Assembly: GCA_964346715.1 (NCBI GenBank)
Contig: CAYFVY010000001.1
Location: 7,880-71,879 of the forward strand
Source of the DNA: an uncultured Pelistega sp.
GTDB lineage: Bacteria; Pseudomonadota; Gammaproteobacteria; Burkholderiales; Burkholderiaceae_B
Length of the DNA: 64,000 nt
Reading direction: 5' to 3'
Part shown: positions 29,577 through 38,646 of the stretch, piece after piece
How positions within the stretch are numbered: the first letter of the stretch is position 1
Layout of the letters: each line of letters begins with the position of its first letter
The notes under the pieces: generated by a model
Told to the model about the DNA's origin: nothing
Seen by the model: only the letters and a program-made list of their open reading frames with translations
Database searches by the model: none
Position numbers and translations under genes: made by a program

Positions 29577-30113
29577 TTATTCATCATCATCTTCATCTTC
29601 GTCATCATCGAAGTCGAAGTCATCATCATCTTCGTAGTCGTCTTCATCCATCTCAGGGATTAGGGCTTCAGCTAAATTAGCCATTTCAACAGCAACTACG
29701 GCACAATCAGCACCCTTATCAGCAGCACGCTCTTGTGCTTGCTCTTCAGTTTCACACGTTAATACGCCGTTAGCAATAGGGATATTCATGTCTAAGCTAA
29801 CACGTGTAATAGCGGCTGCACTTTCGTTACTCACAATTTCAAAATGATATGTTTCGCCACGAATGACAGCACCTAAAGCAATCAGCGCATCAAACTCATA
29901 ACTAAGAGCCATCTGCTGTAAAGCCAAACCTAGCTCTAAAGCACCAGCAACAGAAACCACCATAATCTGGCTTTCATCAACCCCTAGCTCAGCAAGCTGT
30001 GCTAGGCACGCGTCAAGTTCAGCAATACCAATTTCGTCATTAAAACGGGCACAAACGATACCAATGTGTAGGCCTTCACCGTTACGATCGGGAGCAAGAG
30101 TATATGGTTTCAT
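29577..30113 (-). CDS. ribH: 6,7-dimethyl-8-ribityllumazine synthase with a 26-aa poly-acidic C-terminal tail
   Basis: The RibH core is present (RFN.., [16 protein letters not shown]). The tail [26 protein letters not shown] is added at the C-terminus. Confidence 0.92.
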   Translation of the reverse strand: MKPYTLAPDRNGEGLHIGIVCARFNDEIGIAELDACLAQLAELGVDESQIMVVSVAGALELGLALQQMALSYEFDALIALGAVIRGETYHFEIVSNESAAAITRVSLDMNIPIANGVLTCETEEQAQERAADKGADCAVVAVEMANLAEALIPEMDEDDYEDDDDFDFDDDEDEDDDE

Positions 30114-30236
30114 TCAATTTCCTTTAAGGTGGATTTACTAAATTGGAGTATGAGCATAAATGTGCTCACAGTAATAGCGCTTATTGTACAGCTAAATACC
30201 GACTCCAATTGTGTCAATTCAAGAAAAGATGAGAGA

Positions 30237-31385
30237 TTAATTTTCTGACTCAAAACCCGTCACGGTTAAAGAGTATCCCGCCATATTTGGCATCTTACGT
30301 GGCAGCGATAATAAGCGCATTTTACCAACATTTAGGTCACGCAAAATCTGTGCACCAACACCATAGGTACGTAAACCATAACGGTCTGGCGTACGTTTCT
30401 CTGCATCGTGCTCAGCATTCCATTTCTTAAGATTCTCAATTAATTGCTCTTCTACACCTTGAGCATTCAAGAACACCATCACACCGGCTTCACTTTGCTT
30501 GATCGCTTTAAGTGCCTTATCAACTGGCCAGCTATGGCTAGCATTATCGGTATCCAAGAAATCCAATACTGAAACTGGCTCGTGCACTCGTACCAGTGCT
30601 TCTTTCTCAGCACAGATTTCACCATGCACTAAAGCAATATGAGGGGCACCTGATGCTTTGTCCATATAGGAAACCGCACGGAATTCGCCCCATGGCGTAC
30701 TCAAATTACGCTCGCTCAGACGCACCACCATCGACTCATGTTCACTACGATATTCAATTAAATCAGCAATCGTCCCAATTTTTAAATTATGTTCCTTAGC
30801 AAATTCCATTAAATCTGGTAAGCGAGCCATAGTGCCATCGGGCTTAAGAATTTCACAGATGACAGATGCAGGATGTAAACCAGCCATCTGGGTAAGATCA
30901 CAGCCAGCCTCGGTATGGCCTGCACGAATTAACACGCCACCGGGCACGGCGCGAACAGGGAAAATATGGCCTGGGCTAACTAAGTCCATTGTGCTCGATT
31001 TCGGGTCTACCGCTACTTTAATCGTATGCGCACGATCTGCTGCAGAAATACCAGTGGTTACGCCTTCGGCAGCTTCAATTGATACCGTAAAGTTGGTACC
31101 AAAACTAGAGCCATTGCGCGAAGCCATCATCTCTAACCCTAATTGTTCACATCGTTCAGTGGTTAAGGTTAAACAGACTAAGCCACGAGCATGCGTGACC
31201 ATAAAATTAATTGCTTCAGGTGTAATGAAATCTGCGGCCATAACAAGGTCGCCTTCGTTCTCACGATCCTCTTCATCAACCAAAATCACCATTTTGCCGT
31301 TACGCAAATCATCAACAATTTCCGTTATAGATGAAATTTTATTATCAAACATTTCATCTTTTGCTGTGCTTTCTGATAGTATCAT
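30237..31385 (-). CDS. ribB: 3,4-dihydroxy-2-butanone-4-phosphate synthase fused to a degenerate GTP cyclohydrolase II-like domain (RibBX type)
   Basis: The N-terminal DHBP synthase is intact ([15 protein letters not shown]). The C-terminal RibA-like domain reads [12 protein letters not shown] where RibA has HSECLTGD..CDCG, so the Zn-ligand cysteines are missing. Confidence 0.85.
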   Translation of the reverse strand: MILSESTAKDEMFDNKISSITEIVDDLRNGKMVILVDEEDRENEGDLVMAADFITPEAINFMVTHARGLVCLTLTTERCEQLGLEMMASRNGSSFGTNFTVSIEAAEGVTTGISAADRAHTIKVAVDPKSSTMDLVSPGHIFPVRAVPGGVLIRAGHTEAGCDLTQMAGLHPASVICEILKPDGTMARLPDLMEFAKEHNLKIGTIADLIEYRSEHESMVVRLSERNLSTPWGEFRAVSYMDKASGAPHIALVHGEICAEKEALVRVHEPVSVLDFLDTDNASHSWPVDKALKAIKQSEAGVMVFLNAQGVEEQLIENLKKWNAEHDAEKRTPDRYGLRTYGVGAQILRDLNVGKMRLLSLPRKMPNMAGYSLTVTGFESEN

Positions 31386-31790
31386 CTTAATTCCTGCAAT
31401 AAAAACTCAGATTAAACGCTAAGCCTATTTAAATATTGAAGGTATTTTACTCTTTTAGTGTCTATAAAATGCAACAAAGGAGGGTTTTCGTAAATCATTT
31501 GTTTTGATGCCAAGAAAATATGTATAAATCATGTTTAAGGCTCAGCCTAATTGATATCACTTTTCAATTCTTTGAATTTCACTCTATATGACACTTTTAT
31601 AATTTATCTATTCAGTTTTCTTTAAGGTGTGAAAGACATTTTCAATCTTAAACAATAGTAAAGAGTAAAGTAAAAATCTTTTTTTACTATATGAATAACA
31701 GCGTTTTAAGTTTATAATCTTCAGTTATATATGCTTACTTTAAATTGCATTACGTTTTAATTGATAACGAATTCCATGTGGAGCAACATT

Positions 31791-32276
31791 ATGTCTTTTG
31801 ATACCGAAACACGTGTAAATGAGAGCTCTTCAGAAGAGCTAAAATTGTGGCTTCGCCTTAATGCCTGTAACAACCTAATTCAAAATGAATTACGCAATGT
31901 TTTACGCGCGCAATTCCAAACCACTCTGCCACGTTTTGAGCTTATGGCTCAACTTTCTAGCGCACCTCAAGGCCTACGTATGGGCGAACTTTCAGAACGC
32001 TTAATGGTGAGCAACGGTAATATCACGACCATCACCATGCAATTGGAGCGTGATGATTTGATCGAGCGTATTTTAAACCGCGAAGATCGTCGTAGTACAT
32101 TTATCCGCCTAACACCAAAAGGTAAAAAGCTTTTAACTAAAATGGTTAAAGCCTACGACAAATGCTTAGCGGATTCTTTTGCTAAGTTTTCTGATACAAA
32201 TGCGAAGAAACTACAAAAATCACTAGCTGATTTCAAAACAGCTCTTCAAACACAACTTGAAAACCCTGAAGCGTAA
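31791..32276 (+). CDS. MarR family transcriptional regulator
   Basis: It has a winged-HTH MarR pattern (..MGELSERLMVSNGNITTI...L.R...REDRRSTFIRLTPKG). I chose the ATG at 31791, which has a GGAG RBS; the track starts at TTG 31761. Confidence 0.85.
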   Translation: MSFDTETRVNESSSEELKLWLRLNACNNLIQNELRNVLRAQFQTTLPRFELMAQLSSAPQGLRMGELSERLMVSNGNITTITMQLERDDLIERILNREDRRSTFIRLTPKGKKLLTKMVKAYDKCLADSFAKFSDTNAKKLQKSLADFKTALQTQLENPEA

Positions 32277-32290
32277 TTAGCGGATTTATC

Positions 32291-33802
32291 ATGGCATCTC
32301 AGCGTACAACTTCCCCTTATGACTTATGTATTATTGGGGGCGGTATTAACGGAGTCGGTATCGCTAGAGATGCCGCAGGACGCGGCTTACGTGTCCTAGT
32401 CTGCGAACAAAATGACCTCGCCAGTGCGACCTCATCGGCAAGTAGCAAACTCATACATGGCGGTTTACGCTATCTTGAGCACTACGAATTCCGACTTGTA
32501 CGTGAAGCCCTTTCTGAACGTGAAACCTTATTAAATATTGCTCCACATTTAGTTCAGCCATTACGCTTTGTATTGCCGCACGAACCTCATCTACGCCCAG
32601 CCTGGATGATACGCTGTGGACTATTTCTTTATGATCACTTAGCCAAGCGCTCTGCACGTCTACCAGCTTCGCAAGCGATTAAGCTTGAGCGCAATAATGA
32701 CTATGGCCAGGCACTGAAGCAGCAATTCACTAAGGGGTTCATCTACTCTGATTGCCAAGTTGATGATTCACGTCTCGTTATTCTCAACGCCATGAGCGCA
32801 AGCCAATTAGGTGCAACTATCCTAACCCGCTCACGTTGTACACAAATTACCCACGATAACACCATGTGGTCGGTGAAAATCGAACAAGCTAATGGTACTA
32901 GTCAACTGATTCAGGCTAAAATTCTCATCAATGCAGCAGGTCCTTGGGTCGCTGATATTGAACAACAGCTGCATAAACCTCAACAAGGTAATAAATTACG
33001 TCTTGTAAAAGGTAGTCATATCGTGGTGCCCAAGTTCTATCCTGGCGACCATGCTTATATCCTGCAGAATAAAGATAATCGCATCGTCTTTGCGACACCT
33101 TATCGTGAACACTTCGCCATGATCGGCACCACAGATGTCGATTACAACGGTGATCCCGCCCAGGTAGCGATTAGTGAAGACGAGATAGAGTACCTCCTGA
33201 GTTTGATTAATGCCTATTTCGACAAACCGATTAGTCGAGCTGATGTGATAAGCACGTGGTCAGGTGTACGTCCCCTATACAATGACAATAACGGCACAGC
33301 TTCTGCAGTAACGCGTGATTACGTGTTTGATTTAAGCGGGGGCAATGGTCAACAGCCTGTGCTTCTGTCGATTTATGGTGGCAAAATCACCACCTATCGC
33401 CGCCTAGCCGAGCATGCCCTAGAGAAGCTAGCACCTTTTACTGGAAAGTCTAAAGCTTGGACCAGCACTCAGCACTTGCCTGGTGGAGCGATTGATACGC
33501 CTGATTCGTACGCTCGACAATTAATGCAGCAGTATGGTTGGATCAGCCCGGAGTTAGCCTTACGTTACGCAAAAGCCTACGGTAATTTAGCGAATGCTTT
33601 CTTATCTGCCAATTTAGAGGAAATGGGCCATAATTTTGGCCATGACCTCTATACTTCCGAGGTTAACTGGCTAATTGAACAAGAATGGGCGCAAAGCACT
33701 GAGGATATCTTGTGGCGCCGCACCCGTTTAGGCTTATTATTTACTGAGCAAGAAACGCATGCCTTACAGACTTACTTAGACAACTATTTTACTAAGCACT
33801 AA
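32291..33802 (+). CDS. glpD: Aerobic glycerol-3-phosphate dehydrogenase (FAD)
   Basis: It is strongly similar to E. coli GlpD (IGGGINGVGIARDAAGRGL, ATSSASSKLIHGGLRYLEHYEFRLV). Confidence 0.93.
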   Translation: MASQRTTSPYDLCIIGGGINGVGIARDAAGRGLRVLVCEQNDLASATSSASSKLIHGGLRYLEHYEFRLVREALSERETLLNIAPHLVQPLRFVLPHEPHLRPAWMIRCGLFLYDHLAKRSARLPASQAIKLERNNDYGQALKQQFTKGFIYSDCQVDDSRLVILNAMSASQLGATILTRSRCTQITHDNTMWSVKIEQANGTSQLIQAKILINAAGPWVADIEQQLHKPQQGNKLRLVKGSHIVVPKFYPGDHAYILQNKDNRIVFATPYREHFAMIGTTDVDYNGDPAQVAISEDEIEYLLSLINAYFDKPISRADVISTWSGVRPLYNDNNGTASAVTRDYVFDLSGGNGQQPVLLSIYGGKITTYRRLAEHALEKLAPFTGKSKAWTSTQHLPGGAIDTPDSYARQLMQQYGWISPELALRYAKAYGNLANAFLSANLEEMGHNFGHDLYTSEVNWLIEQEWAQSTEDILWRRTRLGLLFTEQETHALQTYLDNYFTKH

Positions 33803-33820
33803 GTAAACTAGACATTAAGT

Positions 33821-33924
33821 AAGCTCGGCACTACGTAAGTGAAATACGAAACTAGATCCCAAGCTAAATAATCAGCCCAGCGCTACGTAAGTTAAATACT
33901 AACCTCGGTGCTGAGCTAAATACG
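33821..33924. repeat. Two degenerate 52-bp tandem copies downstream of glpD
   Basis: About 70 percent identity by hand alignment. The shared cores are ctacgtaagtKaaatac (33831, 33883) and agctaaata (33862, 33914). Confidence 0.5.
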
Positions 33925-34026
33925 ACTTAAGCTACGGCATACTCAATAAGCCCAATAGGCTTAAATATGCTTTTTACATGCCTAAAATTATCAATTTAAA
34001 AATTTTCAGCATGAACAAATGAATGG

Positions 34027-34048
34027 TATATGACACGTATATGACACG
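34027..34048. repeat. Perfect 11-bp tandem direct repeat (tatatgacacg x2) upstream of the CYTH-CHAD gene
   Basis: Read directly. The second copy runs into the partial palindrome tgac-ac-gtca. It lies 60-85 nt upstream of the start codon. Confidence 0.8.
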
Positions 34049-34110
34049 TCATAATATTAACAAAAAAAAATGTTAAGATAGTCCCACCTCATTTATTACC
34101 TATTGGTTAT

Positions 34111-36108
34111 ATGTCAGAACAAGAACTTAAATTAAATGTGCCTGCCCATGCGCAGGACGCCATTGCTGCCTTAATGCGTAAAAACAGGGCAGAATCTATT
34201 GTTTTACGTGCCCTCTACTTCGACACCGCAGATCGTCAACTAGCAAAAGCCGATGTCGCTTTACGCTTACGCTTAGAAGGCAATGACTGGGTTCAAACCT
34301 TAAAAATGGCGGGGGGCAATAGCCTAACCCGTATTGAACTGAATCATAGTCGCCCAAGTCCTGTATTAGATTTGAGCTTATATGCGGGTACAGCAGCAGA
34401 GCCCTTTTTAACGGCTCTAACAAAACCACTAGAACTGCGTTATGAAACCGATGTGGTTCGTCTACAGCGCAAACAACGCACTCGCAAAGGCACAGTTGAA
34501 ATTGCCTACGATATTGGCTGTGTTCGTGCCGGTAATTTAGAATTGCCTATTTCAGAAGTTGAGTTTGAACTTAAGTCTGGTGATATTTCTGCTTTATTCG
34601 AGTTAAGTCAGCGCTGGCTCAAACAATATCGCCTACTCTTGGATGTTCGGACCAAATCGCACCGTGGTGACGCACTCGCCAATATGTATGCGAAAATTTC
34701 TCGCTCTCATAAGAATGCACAAGCTAAAATTGAAGAACAAGAAACCAATCGTTTCTGGGCTGAACGAAAAGCCAAGCCTTATTTCCTGCCAAAGCAATCA
34801 AGTGCCACACAAGCTCTCTGCTTAGTCACTGAAGAGTGCTTTGAACAAATGGCACTTAACGCCGCTTATCTAGCGGAAGTCGATACCGCAGGCGTCCTGA
34901 ATGTCGCGCGTCCTGAACATGTACACCAACTGCGTATTGGTATGCGCCGCTTAATTTCTAACTGGCGCCTATTTTCCAAACTTGCCCACCTGCCTCCTGC
35001 TGATGTACAAGCAGAAATTCGTGTACACTTAGGCCGTTTTGGTGCCACTCGCGATACGGATGTAATGCTTGCGACTATTGTACCGCCGCTAGAAGCTGCT
35101 GGTATGCCGCATTTTGAGGTCGAACATTACCAAGGGGAAACTGCCACAGAAATTGCGCGTGACCCAGCATTCCAAAGTTGGTTAATTCGCTTACTTGAAT
35201 GGGTTGTTACGACACCACGTAACGACCCACCAAAAGAGTCTGACGAAGCAAAAGATAGCGCTGAAGAAAGCAAAGATAGCACTCAAGAAGCCGCACCAGC
35301 AAGCACACCAGAAGCAACTCCAGAAAACCCTGCAGACTTAGCGTCAAGCTCGTCTTCTGCCGAGATTGCTGATGCTAATAAGGTATTTGTACTACCCACA
35401 TCTTCATTAAGCAGTGAAACAGAAGTATCGAGTGCTAGCGCAAGTATCGATGGTAAACCTGAGGTACCCGCATCACAAGACAATGAGAGCCAAGGATCTG
35501 AAGCCAAGGCAGAGCTTTCTCAGCCTACACAAACTACAGCCTCCCTCAATCTTTCTAGCACCCCTGCTTCGGTGTTTAGCCCAGTGCGTAGCTTAAGCGC
35601 CCAAGCAAGCACTCCGGCAGCGAGCCTGAGTCAGACCATGGACGAGCAAGCGGACGAAGCATTTGCCGATGCTTTGAATGATTGGGAAATTATTCCTTTG
35701 GTGCCAAGCAATCAGAATCGCCCAGTTTTACGTAAACTCTTAGAAACTCGTCTGAATAAGTGGAATAGAGGTATTGTGAATCACTGGCGTACCAATGATA
35801 AAAGTGATATTGAAGCCTACCACGATTTACGCAAGAAAATTAAGCGTATTCGTTACGGTCTCAATGTCTATGAAGCACTTGAAGCACATGCAAATATCAC
35901 TGCCTATGTGAAGCGCCTCGCACAAGCACAAGAAGTATTTGGTCAACTGAATGATTTCTCAACTGCTTTAACGTACTTTGAAAGTATTACAGAAGAACAT
36001 CCTGAAGCATGGTTTGCTGTGGGTTGGTTATCAGCCAAGCTTGAGGCTCATAAAGTCTTTTGTGATCACGCCTTATCCTTAATGCCTAAGCGTATCCGTT
36101 TTGATTAA
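34111..36108 (+). CDS. CYTH (triphosphate tunnel metalloenzyme) plus CHAD domain protein with a long low-complexity insert
   Basis: The N-terminus has the ELKL..R..YFDT pattern and EFELK of CYTH. Two CHAD signature helices are present, VHQLRIGMRRL and YHDLRKKIKRIRY. They are separated by about 150 aa of S/T/A/E/P-rich sequence. Confidence 0.8.
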   Translation: MSEQELKLNVPAHAQDAIAALMRKNRAESIVLRALYFDTADRQLAKADVALRLRLEGNDWVQTLKMAGGNSLTRIELNHSRPSPVLDLSLYAGTAAEPFLTALTKPLELRYETDVVRLQRKQRTRKGTVEIAYDIGCVRAGNLELPISEVEFELKSGDISALFELSQRWLKQYRLLLDVRTKSHRGDALANMYAKISRSHKNAQAKIEEQETNRFWAERKAKPYFLPKQSSATQALCLVTEECFEQMALNAAYLAEVDTAGVLNVARPEHVHQLRIGMRRLISNWRLFSKLAHLPPADVQAEIRVHLGRFGATRDTDVMLATIVPPLEAAGMPHFEVEHYQGETATEIARDPAFQSWLIRLLEWVVTTPRNDPPKESDEAKDSAEESKDSTQEAAPASTPEATPENPADLASSSSSAEIADANKVFVLPTSSLSSETEVSSASASIDGKPEVPASQDNESQGSEAKAELSQPTQTTASLNLSSTPASVFSPVRSLSAQASTPAASLSQTMDEQADEAFADALNDWEIIPLVPSNQNRPVLRKLLETRLNKWNRGIVNHWRTNDKSDIEAYHDLRKKIKRIRYGLNVYEALEAHANITAYVKRLAQAQEVFGQLNDFSTALTYFESITEEHPEAWFAVGWLSAKLEAHKVFCDHALSLMPKRIRFD

Positions 36109-36138
36109 GGTACCCGCTTTAATTAAGCGAAAATAAAT

Positions 36139-36187
36139 AAGGGGTGTATCTGAAGTGATGAACCATCATCACCAAGATACACCCCTT
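36139..36187. terminator. Long bidirectional hairpin between the convergent CYTH-CHAD gene and ftsY
   Basis: The outer 13-bp stem is aaggggtgtatct/agatacacccctt and the inner stem is gtgatga/tcatcac. Confidence 0.6.
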
Positions 36188-36269
36188 ATATATGTTGCTA
36201 GGACAGTAGTAAGGCAGTAGTTGGTCTTAACCACTTGTTATGAGAAAGACCAAGCATTCTGCCTAACGC

Positions 36270-37922
36270 TTAATCACCTAATAAAGCAGTCGCAAACTCA
36301 CTTGCCTTAAACGGTTGCAAGTCATGTAAGCCTTCACCTACACCAATCCAATAGACTGGCACTGGACGTACACCTTGACTACCAGCGGCAACCGCGGCCA
36401 AGATACCGCCCTTAGCCGTACCATCTAATTTCGTTACGACTAATCCAGTAAGACCAAGCACCGCGTCAAAAGCTCGGATTTGCGCAATCGCATTCTGTCC
36501 TGTATTACCATCAACTACTAATAACACTTCATGAGGAGCAGAGGCATCCGCCTTATTAATCACTCGGCGGATTTTCTTCAACTCTTCCATCAAGTGTAAT
36601 TGTGTAGGCAAGCGCCCTGCTGTATCCACCATCACCACATTATTACGGCGTGCTCGACCCGCATTCACCGCATCAAATGCCACTGCTGCTGGATCACCGC
36701 CCTCTTGCGCAATGACCTGGACATTATTGCGTGAGCCCCATTCAATTAATTGCTCTCTAGCCGCAGCACGGAAAGTGTCACCTGCTGCTAATAAGACACT
36801 CGCCCCACTGGCTTGAAAATGATGAGCTAATTTACCAATCGAGGTGGTTTTACCGGCACCGTTAACACCGGCAATCATTACTACATTGGTCGAATCTTGC
36901 GCCAACATAAAGGTCTTTTCCAATGGCTGCAAGTGCTCAGTTAAGAGTACATGCAAGGCCTTCTTCACATCTGCTGCATTTTCAATGCGATCCTTTTTCA
37001 CTTTAGCACGTAGCTTCGTTAATAAGGACTGCGTTGCTTCTACACCAGAGTCGGCCATAATCAAAGCTGTTTCAAGCTCTTCGAATAAATCCTCATCAAC
37101 CTTCACGCCAACGAAAATCGCACTGATGTTCGAGCCTGTACGTGATAATCCGCGCTTTAAGCGACCTAACCACGAAACTTTCTCAGCTTCAGGAGTCGCG
37201 CTTAAGGTCTCGTTCAAGGGAGCGCTTGGCGCAGCACTGCCTGATCCTTCTTGCACATCACTTGCAGGGTCCAATTCAGAAGCAGTTTCTGCTACAAACT
37301 CAGACAAAGCATCTGGTGCTTGCTCAGATGCTGAGACTGAACGCTCTGTAGACTCATTTACCTGAACGCGCTTATCTTCTTCAACATCAAGACTATCTTC
37401 GCTCTCATCCTCATCATCATCCCAACTTGGCTCTGGCTCACGACGATAACGCTCAGGACTATCTTCAGGGATTTCCGCTAAAGCAGCGGCCTCAAGCTCT
37501 TCATCAGTAATATCGCTGATACCGCTAAAGCCACCATCGCCAAGACTTAAGCGAATACGTATCTTGCCATCTGCATCAGGAGTTGGCAATGAAGGATCTA
37601 ATACTTTAGGTTCATCAGGAACCGGCTCAAACGTCGCTTGTGCCGCCATCCATACATCTGGAGTTTGTTGAGGGGCATTAGGATTGCTCATATCCACTAA
37701 GCCATCGTCCTCACTACTCTCCTCTTGCTCAACAGCTTCAGTGCTCAGCTCATTGCTTGCCTGTTCCGCCTGAACTGGCAACTCGGGCGCCGACTCAATA
37801 GTTTCAATAGCCTCAGCAGCTACCTGATCATCAGGTGTTTCAACGACAAGACTCTGCTCGGCTACTTGGCTCTCTGGAGTAACAACAGGCTCTGATTTCT
37901 TACGTCTAAAAAAGCGAAACAT
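36270..37922 (-). CDS. ftsY: Signal recognition particle receptor FtsY with a long acidic A domain
   Basis: The C-terminal NG domain is present (GVNGAGKTT, DTAGR, TKLDG). The N-terminal roughly 250 aa are acidic and low-complexity. I placed the start at MFRFFRRKK. Confidence 0.93.
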   Translation of the reverse strand: MFRFFRRKKSEPVVTPESQVAEQSLVVETPDDQVAAEAIETIESAPELPVQAEQASNELSTEAVEQEESSEDDGLVDMSNPNAPQQTPDVWMAAQATFEPVPDEPKVLDPSLPTPDADGKIRIRLSLGDGGFSGISDITDEELEAAALAEIPEDSPERYRREPEPSWDDDEDESEDSLDVEEDKRVQVNESTERSVSASEQAPDALSEFVAETASELDPASDVQEGSGSAAPSAPLNETLSATPEAEKVSWLGRLKRGLSRTGSNISAIFVGVKVDEDLFEELETALIMADSGVEATQSLLTKLRAKVKKDRIENAADVKKALHVLLTEHLQPLEKTFMLAQDSTNVVMIAGVNGAGKTTSIGKLAHHFQASGASVLLAAGDTFRAAAREQLIEWGSRNNVQVIAQEGGDPAAVAFDAVNAGRARRNNVVMVDTAGRLPTQLHLMEELKKIRRVINKADASAPHEVLLVVDGNTGQNAIAQIRAFDAVLGLTGLVVTKLDGTAKGGILAAVAAGSQGVRPVPVYWIGVGEGLHDLQPFKASEFATALLGD

Positions 37923-38046
37923 AGGTTCTTCACTTATAAAAATCAATGATGGCTTTATTGTACCTTATACTTTCGCTTATCGTAAAAGCGTATAATCTTT
38001 AAGTTATTACACTTTATTCTCATGGCCCGCGCCAGTCCGTGTTCTT

Positions 38047-38646
38047 ATGTCTAAGCCTACTAAACAGAAAACCCATAATCCCTCAAACAAAGGCTCAAGC
38101 CAACACAAAATTCGTATTATTGGTGGTCAATATAAACGCACACCCATTCCTGTCGTCGATATTCCAGGCTTACGACCAACACCGGACCGTATACGCGAGA
38201 CTCTTTATAATTGGTTAAATCATTTATGGGCAAGTAGCTATGAGGATAAAAGCATCCTTGATCTATTTGCTGGCACTGGTGCCTTAGGCTTTGAAGCCGC
38301 TTCTCGTGGTGCCTCACATGTACAAATGGTTGAGCCGAATCCGCTAGCCTTAAGCCAACTACGCCAGCTACGTGACAAGCTCGAGCTAAATCAAGTGCGT
38401 ATCCATAGCCAAGATGCACTTAGTGTTTTACGCCGTATGGATAACTCCCGCTTTGACTTAGTGCTACTTGACCCCCCGTTTGGCACAGACTTATTGAACC
38501 AAGTGAAGTCTTTTCTACCGTCTATCGTCAAACCAGGTGGCTTGGTGTATATCGAATCAGATAGTCCAATTCAATTAAGCGAAGAATTTACATTGCTGCG
38601 CGAAGCGAAAGCCGGCATGGTCTATTTTGCACTTTATGAGTTTTAA
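38047..38646 (+). CDS. rsmD: 16S rRNA (guanine966-N2)-methyltransferase RsmD
   Basis: It carries IIGG..KR..I, the SAM motif DLFAGTGALG and DPPF. It follows the conserved divergent ftsY / rsmD-coaD arrangement. Confidence 0.88.
   Translation: MSKPTKQKTHNPSNKGSSQHKIRIIGGQYKRTPIPVVDIPGLRPTPDRIRETLYNWLNHLWASSYEDKSILDLFAGTGALGFEAASRGASHVQMVEPNPLALSQLRQLRDKLELNQVRIHSQDALSVLRRMDNSRFDLVLLDPPFGTDLLNQVKSFLPSIVKPGGLVYIESDSPIQLSEEFTLLREAKAGMVYFALYEF

Noticed and set aside
29498-29680. A His/Arg-rich 60-aa ORF (..[19 protein letters not shown]..).
   Set aside because: It is simply the antisense reading of the poly-Asp/Glu tail of ribH (GAT/GAA read as ATC/TTC, shifted). It is not an independent metal-binding peptide gene.
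30832-31422. Long antisense ORFs inside ribBX (196 aa), ftsY (36844..37365, 173 aa), the asnB-like gene (59481..59909, 142 aa) and livG (17898..18248).
   Set aside because: Each lies fully inside a confidently identified gene on the other strand and has no family resemblance. They are typical shadow ORFs.
31386-31560. Looked for an FMN riboswitch upstream of ribBX.
   Set aside because: The leader is AT-rich and lacks the conserved GC-rich FMN aptamer core segments as I remember them. A covariance-model scan (Rfam RFN) would be needed to be certain.
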